Source: Perna viridis
Taxonomy: Eukaryota
Assembly (NCBI GenBank): GCA_037379345.1
Contig: CM074514.1
Location: forward strand, 13,826,001-13,890,000
DNA length: 64,000 nucleotides
Direction of reading: 5' to 3'
Made by a program: the position numbers and the translations under genes
The notes under the pieces: generated by a model
The model's database searches: none
The model's input: the letters and a program-made list of their open reading frames with translations, nothing else
What the model was told of the DNA's origin: nothing
In this document: piece after piece, positions 14,311 through 27,067 of the stretch
How the letters are laid out: each line of letters starts with the position of its first letter
Numbering within the stretch: position 1 is the stretch's first letter

Positions 14311-17051
14311 TTTGATTAGATGTTATGAAGAATGCACAATTAGTCCAATTGTTTAACACATACATGAAGTTTTTTCTGAAAAGTATGGAATGAGATAGAT
14401 AAGTAAATTTTTTCCTTCACGTGATTTCTTTGAAAAGTACATATATCTAGATATTATGCTTGTATGAACTAAAAAACTTATTTATAATTGATACAGTGAA
14501 TATTATGGGAAGTTTACTGCTGTTGCTCTCCGTGTGCGGATCTAGACACTTTGGAATGGAGGGGTGCCAGCCAGGGTTCCTCAGGAAAAAAGGGGTATTA
14601 GGACATTAAAAGCCATTTTTTGGCAATTTTACGAATGAAAATGACAAATTTTCCAATAAAAAAGAGGTGTAGAAGTAATGAGTAGAATATATTTAAAGCA
14701 GTTTCAAATAGGTTTGGGCTATGGAAATGTGATGGATTATATATTTCTAACATTAAGAAAAGATTATATTAAATATTCATGAGCAATTTGAACTACAGGT
14801 GTCCACTTGCCCTCTGGAATTTGTGTTCATGACCCAAAATAAGTTAGCAGTGTTTGATTCAATTGAAAATTGAATGGAATTCACTGATTCATAAACAATT
14901 ACATTAGTTACAACTTGTTCGTATATAATAACAAGACCAAGCAATGACAAAAATCTAAATTTCGGTATCAACTGCTTGTTAAATGCACTTGTCAAGTTTT
15001 CCCTTTTACTTGCATTTATGAAATTTAAAACTGTACTTTTCATTCAAAACACTAATAATAAATCTTTCAAAAAAACGAAACTGAACATAAATTTTAATAC
15101 ATCGCATAAAATCTGCACAAGACGATAATTTAGCTATATCAACTTTTCAGTTCTTTGAAGCATCATTAATATTCCCTTATTCTGCTTACAATGTATACAT
15201 GTACATGATTACTCGTCTTATTTTGTCCAACCTAGTTCTTACAGTATGCAGGTTAAGTCCCATTTTTAGTGTCAGATTGTAAATGTCACATCCCACTTTT
15301 CTCCTTAATTAACTTCTAGGCAGCATGTTTTAGAGAATAACATGTATAATTCCCAATTAGTAAAGCAGTCATTTGTATAAAATGCTTTACAAGCAACATG
15401 TCTACATGTACATGCACATCAAAATGTACATTTACCTGTTATTCATTGCCCTTATAAAGCTTGTCGTGAGGCAAAAAACAAGTGCACATATTTAACATTA
15501 CATGCATTGCATATTACTACTCTCATTTTAATGAGAAACTTCTCTGAATTTTATCCGAAAATTACAAGATTTAAACTTAATCAAAATTTAATTGAATTAA
15601 AAGTAATTTATTACCCATTTCAAATTAAATTAAAACAGGTTTATGAAGCTTTAAGATACAAGATACATGCATAGCAACTGAGTTTGGCTCTATCATGATT
15701 AAATCTACCAACATCAAAACCTGAGACAGGTCATCCACGCGAAGGTGAGAAGAAATGATAGTGACATAGCTATGTATCCATGTAGAGTCAATATATGTAT
15801 GTATCTGACCCCTTTTACATAAGTTGACTCTTATTTATCAAATGGTTAACTGGCAGAAGTTGTCAAAACCAAATTACATTTATCAGAAAAGTCCATTTAA
15901 CAAATGAATGTTACATGATAAATTTTTGTGACCTCCGCTTGAGTAAATAGAGTTTGGACTTCCAATTTTGATAGGCCTTGATATCGGCCATCTCAGGGGA
16001 TCTTGTCACAGATAATATGTTGGACTACACATTTTAAAATATGACAGAAGTCAGTCCAAAACATACAGATGTAAGAAATTCAATTTTTCTAAAAATGAAC
16101 CAGTATTTCCTACACTTCAAATTTAAGCTTTTGACATGACTCAATAAACCCACCCACTGAAAAAAAAAGTTTAAAGGAAAGATAGGGCATATCTACATAG
16201 ATCAATAACCAATTAATTCAATACATATAATGTAAATAATCGGCAGGTGTCAAATAAAAACCACCAGGTTATTCAGTTCAAGGGAGTTTTAATCTTCCAT
16301 CGCCTATTTTTACCTGTAAGCACATGCAGGTAAAAGTCAGCAATTGGAAAGTGACTCACTTCCTCCACTCACGCTTTTACCCAAAGTATAACCATCAATT
16401 AAATCCTTGCTAGCCAGAGTATTATCTGTTCAATAGAGACTGATGGTTTATAGTAAATGACAAACTAAACAAAGAAGGAAGGCCTTGCACATAAAATCTA
16501 AAAACAGATTGGGAAATGATATCAGGATCAATAGTATTCATTCATGAATTATGAAATAAAAGATTCAACAGATACATTACAATGTTCTTGAATCCCAAAG
16601 TATCTTAGTTTTATTCATTTGGTAATTCGTCATTTATGATGATCTGTTAAGATTCTTTTTTCCTGGTGCTTCCACAATTTAACTTCTCACAGTTTCTAGA
16701 TTTGTCCACATTCTATTCCAAAGTCACTTTTGGGAATGTTTTCATACAAAATCAATTTTTACCTACTACATTTATTAAAAACATTTGCTTTACAATGTAA
16801 ATGTAAACTGAAAATCTCACTTTGTACAGTTTGATATTGAACCCTTTCAACATGTTGTGAAGATGCTCTATGAAAAACAATAGTATAGGTGTTAAATGCT
16901 ATGACCAGCAATGGGGCTCATAAGGGTTTTTATCGAAGGATATAAATGTAATTATTTGTAAAAAAAATCATCTTTTATAATGGACCTAAACAGTTTGATC
17001 AGCTTTGTTACTTGAGCTATTTTGTTAAAAGATACCACTTTTTAACTTCAA

Positions 17052-17554
17052 GCCCCGTGCAGGTCCGGGTGTTAAAAGAATAGGCCTGCAGCAGCACTAA
17101 GCTTGTCGTAAAAGGCGACTAAATAGTGCTCAGAAACCTAGCCGGGGGTTAGGTGCTCTGCCCACAGAGCAACTGGGATGTGTGCCCCAGGTGGTGGAAT
17201 GGGGTACCCCTGGCATGTTACATGCTGGGGTTGTCAGGCTATAATACAGAAAACCTGACCGCAAACCATAGTGGTGCACCGTGTTGGGAAAGATGCCACG
17301 TTCCTCGCATGTTAAAGAACCCTGCTGTGGTATTCGATAGTAGGAACTTTTGCGCTCCGCCACAGGAGGCTAAATTGCCCGACCTTACCCATCCCCCTTT
17401 TTCTAGTGGCAATCAAAATTTGTCGACCCTGTTGTCCTTGTGGCTCATCCTTTTTTTTTTTATTTCATGTTCATTTTATCATCCATTTCATGTTCATTGT
17501 CTGAATATAGCTGAAATATTGCTGCTCGGACGTTAAACCCCAACAAACAAACAA
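17052..17554 (+). mobile_element. Non-autonomous retroposon (SINE-like), full length with TSD
   Basis: 12-bp TSD TTTTAACTTCAA (17040-17051 and 17555-17566). The 3' tail CTGAATATAGCTGAAATATTGCTGCTCGGACGTTAAACCCC(AACA)n is shared with the insertion at 21504-21562. The 5' motif CTTGTCGTAAAAGGCGACTAA resembles RTE-type 5' ends (from memory). Confidence 0.88.
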
Positions 17555-19631
17555 TTTTAACTTCAAAAATATACACATTCATTGGTAATTTATTTAAGCC
17601 AAGATGTGTATATACATGTTTACATGTCCTTGTAAAAGTTGTATTACTAATTATAACTAACAAAGGCAATTACATGAAAATACATTTGCACATGAGTACA
17701 TGAACAAATGTACATACATGTATTTATACATGTATACAAGGTAAAGGGTTTTTTTAATGGCAGTTTCAAATCAATATTCTTGTTAAGATAAGTTCTTTCT
17801 ACTATGTATGTAGATTTTGTACATGTACTATCAAGATTTATTGCAAAATGAACTGAGAATTTAATAAAGTACTTTATAAATATCTGCAGGTGTCTGAGCA
17901 GTAAGCAGAGCTAGCACCTCCATTCACAAGAGTAACATGATCCCAAACTTAATTTCCAGTATAGTAAAAGTAGTAGTAAATGTTTTATTGAAATAGATAC
18001 ATGTCTACTTCACTTATAAATTACATTTTTGGGACATCTACCTATATGGGTAAGTAAACAAGAAAATCCAACCAGGTGTAAACAATTTTACAAATCTGGA
18101 ACCCAGCCAATTTTTACCTGCCCATTGTTACGATACAATATTATTACATACTACCTCTTTAACAAAAAACAAGATAAAGATGAATAATATAAGAGGTCAT
18201 TATAGACAGTAATTTTAGAACATTATAAGTTTTATACTTATCCCAATGCCATAATATGATATTTAATTATCTACCTGCCAATTATTATCCATTGTTAATA
18301 TTCATACTTAGATAAATATGTCTCCAAATTTATTTCAGTTTTTGTTATATATAAATGTATTAAATAGAGGTGGTAAACAATACCTGCAATGCTTGTTAAA
18401 AAAACAATTATTTGGTATTACCACATAAAAAATTGTGACATAGTTTTGAATAGTCAATTATGAATATGAACAAATTTCCCCTTTTTCAATACAGAAGTTT
18501 GGGATATAATCCAGGATGTTTGCACATCAAGACTTCTATCTCAAAAATAGGATTATAATTTTAAAGGGTTTAGGATATTTTTTATTATCACTCTAATCAT
18601 ACAACTACTACTTATGTTGATGACATAAATAAGCACTACATTCCTAAGGTTATACTCAATATTTATGACAGATATTTAATTAGCATTTTCACAGATTTAA
18701 GACAATTTTACAGGTACATTTAGCAAATGTGACCTGAAGTGATCTAGAGAGCTGCCACTTCTCACCCAACATTACATTACATGGTATATACTTGATAACA
18801 ACCCATTGTTTCTAATGACCTGGGAAACTAAATGACACTTAAAGGTGTGATAAAATCTGAATGGTCACTCTGTCAACTGCCCTGATCTGTGAATTTACAT
18901 GTACCTGTATACCTGCCAATGTATACTTTTACACAAGTTTCTGTAACTGTCCTAGTTTCACAATTTTTAAACACAATGTAGTTTGCATACAAAATTAAAC
19001 TTAATTACATTTAACACATAGGCAATGTATTTATGTTTGTTCTATTTAAACAGATGTAAAAAAAGGGTTCTAACAAAAGCCTTGGATAATCCAATCTCTT
19101 CTGAAGTGGTGTTATAATATAATAAGTAATGACAAAGAGACAGTACTTCAACATCAAAGGAACCGACAAAATGGAAAAGTAATATGTTTACCTTTGTGTA
19201 ATGTAATGATGTAATATATTAATTGCCGACCCACGCAGATTAACATTCTTCTTAAACAGGACAAAAAAACATAATTAAACTTGCAGAGAAATAGAATAAA
19301 ACAAAAATTAACTAATTAATTAATTCAATTAGCATTTTCTGACCAGTTGTATACATTACGCTAAGAAAATAACAGCAAGATTTTTAATAAATTGCAGGTG
19401 TTCAACAAATATAGACATGAAAAATATACATGTAACATTTGAACTATATGCGATTATTAATGAAAATGAAATTTTACACTGAAATCATATAACTTTTATT
19501 TCTATTTTAATTTAAGAGAGCGACATGACTCACCTGGAAAATCAATAATTACCTGAACCTAGTTCGACTACTTTCGTTAGAAGTTCCCGCAGTTTTCAGT
19601 TCACCTACATAAAAACATACTTTCTACTTAC

Positions 19632-19790
19632 CAAAATATATTCCTAGAATGTTTTTACACTATCCCAGTAATTAGTCCATTTACAAAATATTCGTAACAA
19701 AATTAATCCAGATAATGTCCATGAGGCCAGAAAGTTAGCGGTACTCCGTAGTCGCCATGTTAATTGTGTATGTCAATAGTCCGCGTAGGG
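19632..19790 (-). promoter_or_regulatory. Probable promoter and non-coding first exon of the USP53/54-like gene
   Basis: Abrupt onset of CpG-rich sequence. YY1-like AACATGGCG motif (rc of 19753-19761). GTAAGT donor (rc of ACTTAC at 19626-19631) pointing toward the acceptor at about 14376. Confidence 0.5.
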
Positions 19791-21503
19791 ATTTACCTGT
19801 CTACGACACAACTAATTTGCATAATAATAATAAAGTAGTGCCAGGTAAGAAGTAATTTGTCACTATTTTACTATGATAGTAAAAACCTTCCACAAAGGAT
19901 TAATTGACAAATCTAGTTCCTCATTTGCAGGCATCACGATCGCGAATTATACACCAGATCAGAATGAGCTCATACAATGCGTTTCGAAGATGATGGCACA
20001 ACTCTGGTGAACAGGTATTTTTACTTGTTAAGCGCCTCTTTCAAAATTCAGTGCATTAATAACACGGATTATAAAGATATCGCTTAAATCTTAACCCCGG
20101 GACACAAATTTACAATAGTATACATCAGATATGGCCTTCAAAGTCAGGTGAAAAAACATAACTGGCCTAGTTTTATTGCCCCAAGATATTTTAACAAGAT
20201 TTTCAACAATATTTGTGAAATATTTGAATAGGAAGTTGTGATTATTTTATTTTCGCCGACCTGTGACAACTAATACAATCAGAAGAAGTTATATCTTGCA
20301 AAAAAGGAAAGCCATGCACATGCAGCTAGTGAATAACTGTTGATCACCTGAACATTATATATACCTTTAAATAATCAGTTAAATTACAGTAAATATTTCA
20401 TTTATACTATCCATCTTTTGTTTACTAAAAAACAGGTTACTTAAAAATACCCAATATTCTCCCTCCAATCCCCAAAAATCCGCCGCATGTACCCACTCCA
20501 ACCCTCCGAAAATCCTCCGAGTACATATGATGGTTCCTGTTAAAACATCCAGCAAAAGTCTAATGTATTTTCCATTGTAAGTAGATAGCGGGAAATCGTC
20601 TGTAATGTTGCAACTATAGTACGAAAAAAAACTCTTCAGATCTAAATGAACAGAATAAGGCAATCTATAAAGTTTTCATTATTCTCGAGCGACTCGCCAC
20701 ATCAAAAAAAAATTTAAATGTTTACCGCACCGCATTAAAATTATATTACAATCCGTGGAGACGATATTATGATTGCGCTAGTATACGTTTTATTGATTTT
20801 CAATTTCTTAAAAAAAGATGCCATATTGACAAAGTCTATCTTGTTACCGTCCGTCCTGTTACAAAAGTAACAGGCGAAAATTAAAAACCGTAAGCTGTTA
20901 CATCACATTTTAGAGCAGACCGCGATCACATTGACCCATGCTATTCCAATTACAAAGATAAGAAGAGGGAATTCAGAAAGCGTAAACGTTCAACTGAAAA
21001 ATGTGACGGGAAGAAAAAATTGAGGAAAATCATAATCCTACTGAAGTTGATATCAAACAATTCTATAAACGAGTTCGTCAATTCAAGAAACCGAAATCGT
21101 CAATCAGTAAACTATCCTATAATGGAAAAGTCACATGTGACGAAATTTCTATTATCGACTTATGGTGTGACTATTTTCGGGATTTATACTCTGAACAAAT
21201 GGAAAATGACATATGATTCTGGAAAGCCTTTCTCTAGTGAAGTAACTAGTAATGTGTAGTCGTATTTTATCATGAAGACTGAACGCATATACGAGATAGA
21301 AAAGTAAATTACTGTTGATAGAATTATGTTGCAGTTAAAAAACTTTTAAGTTTGGGAAAGTCCCTAGTCCAGACAACGTCTGTAATGAACATATATTATT
21401 TATATCGGAAAAACGAGTATCAGAAAACTTGTGCAAACTCTATAACATGATTATGACTTCTGAATGTATACCGGCTTCGTTTCGTCACGGTACTATAATA
21501 CCT

Positions 21504-21562
21504 CTCCCCTGAATATAGCTGAAATATTGCTGCTCGGGCGTTGAACCCCAACTAACAAACAA
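21504..21562 (+). mobile_element. 3'-tail-only copy of the 17052 SINE-like element inserted in the LINE
   Basis: Near-identical to about 17501-17554. Flanked by duplicated ACTATAATA(C/A)CT (21492-21503 and 21563-21574). Interrupts the LINE 'GTIIPMYK' codons. Confidence 0.85.
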
Positions 21563-23313
21563 ACTATAATAACTATGTACAAGAGAAATAATAAAGACAG
21601 AACTTTACCTACCAATTACCGAGCTGTTATGCTTACTTCAGTCCCCAGTAAATTATTGGAAAGGATCATTTTTAAAAAGTATTCAAGTGTATCTCACAAC
21701 GCAAAACATAACAATGCCTCATCCCCTTCTATTAGGTTTTGTCAAGGACCATCATGGTTTTATACCAGCAATATATACGTTAAAAGAATCTGTAACTTTT
21801 TACATGGAACCAGACTGTTTAGTATATTCTGCATTCTTAGACAAAGAAATAGCGTTCGACCGAATTTGGCAGGATAGTCTGGAAGTTAGGAATATGTGGA
21901 AAGATGTGGAGATTATTATATATATGGAACAAATCTGCAAGTGCTAATATTCAATATAAGTCAATATCTAGTAAATCATTCAAAATCTGTCAGGGAGTAG
22001 GGCAGGGACGTGTTATGTCTGCCTGGCTCTTTTCGTTATTTATCGATGGATTAATTCAACTTCTTGTAGAATCGAAAAATAGGTTACTTATCAATAACTT
22101 ACACATTCCTTGTATATTATTGGCTGATGACACAGCGTTGTTAAGCTTTCCTAAAAAGGGACTACAAGACTCGCTTTACATTGTCCCCAAGTATGCGAAA
22201 AAATGGCTTTTGAAATACAATGCTTTGAAAAGTAATGTGTTACTGTTTACTGAGACATTTGCAGAAAAGTAATTTAGATTTTCAATTTAATGATCAAACT
22301 ATTAACAGTATAGACAAAGTCACATTTGCTGGAACTCTTATAGACTGTCATGCCCGAACGTTTGATAGAACTGATAATGCTTGTAAAAAACTGAAACGTA
22401 ACTTGCACTCACTACACAGCATAGGTGTAAACTCGAATGGCATGTCACCAGTGGCAAATACCCTTGTATGGAAACGTGTAATTCTACCTACAGCTCTATA
22501 CGGATGTGCACTTTGGGATCATTTGAACAAAACTGAAACATTTATGTTGGAACAGACTCAAAGATATTTTACTAGGTTTATATTGTGTTTTGACAGACGT
22601 TCACCAAGTGCTTCTTCTGTAAATGACATAGGACTGTGGTCTATAGAGGGGTTGATAGACAAGTTTAAAATGTTATTCTTTGGTCGGTTGTGTAAAGCGT
22701 CGATAACGACAACTCACAAACAGTTATTTAACCTATAAGGCTCGCTAATGTAATTTCTGGCCAACCTGACAAATCATCTTTGACTTACGATCTCGTTCGA
22801 ACTTTATTGAAATATGATATGTCATCATTTCTTGAGAACTTCATTGAAGAAACTCATTCCGGACAAGATACTCTGGTCAAAAATCGTAAGTCAAACAATA
22901 ACTGTTTATGAAGAAAACAAATGGAAATTATTGGTACAACAACGACCTGACCCTTGGCGATATTTCAAAATCCACCATTCTTTAACAGAACACAGATTGG
23001 TTAGACTTTGTTCCAAAAACCATTGCAAACGCAATGAACTTATGGTATTAACTTGTCTAGGGTCGCTAGCTATTATAAGTGCACAATGCTCACTTTGTGA
23101 CCTATTGACAGACGACATAGTCAAATATGGAACGCCTAAACTGTCTGATGAGATAATAAAACATTCCATACTTCATTGTGAATCGCTTATGAATGATAGA
23201 AACTCAATGTTTTACGGCATTGTAGACTTACTTCAAGTACACGATTCAATTAATTTATTTAACCAAGATGATGATGACTTTCTTATAACATTCCTTGGTG
23301 GCGTTACCGAATA

Positions 23314-23371
23314 CCTTGGATTACATTCTTTTGATTACCGCTATAACCTTGGTTCCCTTGATTACTCTTTC
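23314..23371 (+). mobile_element. Very short 3'-end copy of Penelope-like repeat inserted in the LINE
   Basis: Matches the reverse complement of about 28645-28702 and 56107-56163 and ends in CCTTGATTACTCTTTC. Confidence 0.75.
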
Positions 23372-23849
23372 TAATGAACTAGACTCTGACATACGGTAAC
23401 AGCTAATGCTATGTGTCGTAGGTCACATACATAAATTGTACACTAACTTCAAGTAAGTTATTTTTGAGTTAAGATTCAATACTAGTATTTAACATTCTAC
23501 TTCATGTAAGTGTATCATACTCAATATATGTTATACACCTACAATTTTGTATATCTACTTTTTTTATACAGAATTGTTTACACATCATGGTATAAAAGGT
23601 ATTACAACAGTTTGTTTATATATGTGTGTGTAGTTTTCTATTTTGTCAAGTGACTTATGTATTATATTTGTGATTTTTTTCCTGTTTTGTTAATCTTCAT
23701 TTTTTTTGAGGAAGTAAAGAAAATCAATTAATCAATCAAACAAACAAAGGAGACATTTAAAACAAGAGAGCTAGCACAAGAGGGCACTGGCCCTCGACAC
23801 GGGTTATGCATGCTTTAAGTGTACCAGTGTTACGTTTTACTCTACCATC

Positions 23850-24430
23850 TTTTTAAAGTGGCACCGTATGTAGTGATCGTGATGTCCGTCCGTCGACCGT
23901 TCGCGTGTCACACTTTTGAATCCTTAACGGTTCCTTAACCGTTTGATGATATGCTTCCAGGAAATGACTATAACGCATTTTTGCACCTGCTACTTAACTC
24001 GGATGGTAGGGACCCGCAACTCCTCCTAAACCACTTGATTTTTTTTCTTATGACACGGGCACTGTAGTATTGAAGCGTATTAGGGACTTGCAGAAAAAAA
24101 TATTATCTATAGCCACCACGATTTATTACCTCGCCATGGCGAGTTACTATTCTGCCACGACTAGTAACGATCTTGCCACGGCGAGGTCTTATCGTGGCGA
24201 GATATTTTTTTTGTATGTCCTTAATATATTTCCGTAGGTCAGATAGTGCACGTTATTAGAACGAGTTCATACAGTAGTGTCACACGTAGTTTGCCATATG
24301 GACTCAGATAGATCAGGGGTAAGGGTACTCATTTTGTGTTTGCAACTCCTTTACCATTCGAATGATTCGTATCAAATTTTCAGGAACTGATAAGTAGGTA
24401 ATATTATTGTGACCTGATCATGTGGGCTAA
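23850..24430. mobile_element. Degenerate HINE/pearl-like element
   Basis: GTCCGTCCGTC microsatellite near 23884 and GCAACTCCT repeats typical of bivalve Helentron-associated elements. Boundaries are approximate. Confidence 0.45.
24072..24235. mobile_element. MITE with about 30-bp imperfect TIRs and internal GCCACG/CGTGGC repeats
   Basis: GAAGCGTATTAGGGACTTGCAGAAAAAAATAT versus rc GAAATATATTAAGGACATACAAAAAAAATAT. Internal short inverted repeats. Confidence 0.7.
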
Positions 24431-24659
24431 AGATGTATCCATTTTGGAATCACAATTCCGTCTTATTTCATTGATTCTCCCGTAGAAAAAGTTACAGAGA
24501 ACGCATAACAATAGCATTGTGCACCAGTGTTTGATTTTTTTATCCAAAATATTTTTATTCCCTTCCACCCTTACTTTTGGAGATAGTCCACGACTATGTA
24601 TACAAGGAATCCATTCGATGCTATGATACATCTTATATTTTGACTTTTGATTTGAACGA

Positions 24660-26711
24660 GTTTTAGACTATATATTGAAATAATAAAAAAATTGGTATAT
24701 ATTTCTATGACACAAATGAATTTGTCGATATGGGCTTCCGTACATAAAGTTCTGAGCTATTTAATATATTTTTGATTCAGGTGTCATACCAGAGTCTTGG
24801 ACAACTGGTATCATTATATTAGTGTCTAAAAATAAGAGTTCTAAGACAGATCCAATTAATTATAGACCTATCACCTTGATCAGCTATCTTGGAAAAGTTT
24901 CCACATCCATCATTAACATGCGACTTAGTACACTTGCAAGGGAAATAAATTTGATTTCAGAAAATCAAGCAGGCTTCAGAAAAGGTTACTCTACAGTTGA
25001 CAACATATTTGTATTGCATGCTCTGGTGGAATTGTATTTGCATTTGGAAAGAAACTTTTTTTGTACTTTTATTGATTTTAAAAAAGCGTTTGATTCTGTT
25101 TCCAGGTCTTGTCTTTGGGAAAAGCTGCAAAATTATGATATAAAAGGGAAGTGTTTCAAAGTGATTTATAATATGTACCAAGGAATCAAATCATGTGTTA
25201 GGTATAATGGTTGTGAATCGGATTTCTTTCCAAGTTTAACAGGTGTCCGACAAGGTGAAAATTTACCTCCTTTTCTCTTTTGTATATTTTTGAATGATTT
25301 AGAGGATTATTTTAAAAGTTTAGAAGGTCAAGGGTTAGATACTGTAAGACTAGATTTAGTGAAGAGCTCCATATTTATTTTGAGTTATTTGTGATTTTGT
25401 ATGCCGACGATACAGCTACTTTATCAGAATCAAAAGAAGGCATGCAAAGATCTTTAAATATTTTTCAGTCATACTGTGATGAATGGAAGCTTGATGTAAA
25501 CGCTTCTAAAACAAAGGCTATTGTTTTCAGAAGAAAGTGCAAGGATAATTTTTTATTTGCTTTATATGGCGAAAATTTAGAAAGTTTGATACTTTTCATA
25601 TTTAGGTGTTATATTCAAGTATAATGATACTTTTATAGAAACTTGAAAGAAAATGATAAATCAGTCACAAAAAGCTTTACACTTTATTTATATATGTATA
25701 CGAAATGAAAATATTCCAATAGACTTACAATTAAAAATGTTTGATTCAATAATTGAACCAATTTTATTATATGGTTGCGAAGTCTGGGGCTATGCAAATT
25801 TTAAATTGATTGAACATGTACATTTAAAATATTGTAAGCGAATATTGAAAGTGCGAAATACTACTGCAAATTTTTGTGTCTATTGAGAATTGGGAATATT
25901 TCCAGAAAATCGTGTAAAAATGAGAATGGCATCTAATTGGAGCAAACTTATGTCTAATGAATCTAAATTAAGCAGTATTCTTTATAAATTTATGTTAAAT
26001 CTTAATAATCAGTATTCTTTCAAATGGGTTAATTGTATAAAATCTTTATTTAACAATACTTGTCGTGGGTATATTTTTGTGAATCAAATTTTTATCAAAA
26101 GAAGATGTATTTTAAGCAGATTTTATCAGATCATTTTATTGCAAGATGGAATAATGAAATTTCAATATTTTCTAGAGGATAGTTTTATAATCTTTTAAAA
26201 ATTAATTTGGTTTAGAGAAATACTTAATTCGGTTGAATGAAAAAAATAGAGTATGGTTAACAAAATTTAGAGTTTCTAATTTGTGATTTCCTGTAGAAAC
26301 AGGAAGGTGGAAAAATATTCATAAACATGAAAGGTTTTGTACTCTATGTGAAAATATTATTGGTGATGAATTTCATCTGTTATTTATATGTCAAAGTGAA
26401 GTAGTTGTCAGTTTGAGATATAGATTTTTACCAGATTACTATATCAAATATCCAAGTTTAGTTAAAATGGAAGGTTTGCTGTCAATTTGTAACGTTGAGG
26501 TTTACAAACGACTTTGTATTTTTATAAAAATAATAGCGGCATTATTTTGAAACCATGCATAATTATATTGTCTATTCGTTATTGTGAACACTATATTATT
26601 ATTTTATTACGTTGAATGTATTATTTATGAGTATATATGACAATACTCTCATGTTACATATTCATTATGCCTGAGTTATCTTATAAAAATCTTGAAATCT
26701 TGAAAATCTTG
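24660..26711 (+). mobile_element. Decayed 5'-truncated LINE (RT plus C-terminal Zn knuckle; CR1/RTE-X-like)
   Basis: NYRPITLIS, ENQAGFRKGYSTVDNIF, FIDFKKAFDSV, GVRQGENL.PFLF, LYADDT, PILLYGCEVWG, ETGRW...CTLC...GDEFHLLFIC. Multiple frameshifts and stops. (ATCTTGA)n tail at about 26688-26711. Confidence 0.92.
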
Positions 26712-27067
26712 TATGTTCCGATAATAAGATGTGCCGTATCGAAATGAAGCTTTTTTTGTGATTTGCAGATTTTGCGAATAGTTCGGCCTTAGCTTTATGA
26801 TAGTGCAATGAGGTGGTGCTGCATTGATAACTCAGCACGACACATACCATATTAAAAGAAAATTTGCACACCTAAAAAGAAGCTAACGTTCCCATGAGTC
26901 AGCGATTGATTCGCCAATGATTTTTCATTTGATCTTTTTCAACTGGCAATGTTTATGACGACGAAAACGTCGCAACAAATCTGCATAGCAACCGGGTAAA
27001 TGCAATGAGCCAAAACGTCGAGATCAAGTGCCACCATGACCGACGAAGAAGAAACCAGAGGTAAAAT

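Larger units (their letters stand above)
20900..23748 (+). mobile_element. Decayed 5'-truncated LINE (non-LTR retrotransposon ORF2, CR1/L2/RTE-X-like)
   Basis: Frameshifted RT fragments: NYRAVMLTS..SKLLERI, AFLDKEIAFDRIW, GVGQGRVMSAWLF, LLADDTALL, ILPTALYGC. C-terminal CSLC...H....C knuckle. (CAAT/CAAA)n 3' tail at about 23724-23748. Confidence 0.9.

Noticed and set aside
17052-17170. HDV-like ribozyme fold at the retroposon head
   Set aside because: Could not build P2, P3, P1.1 and J4/2 in the required order. The candidate P1 3' strand sits in a local hairpin.
17130-17536. ORFs of 77 and 127 aa
   Set aside because: By-products of the GC-rich SINE-like element.
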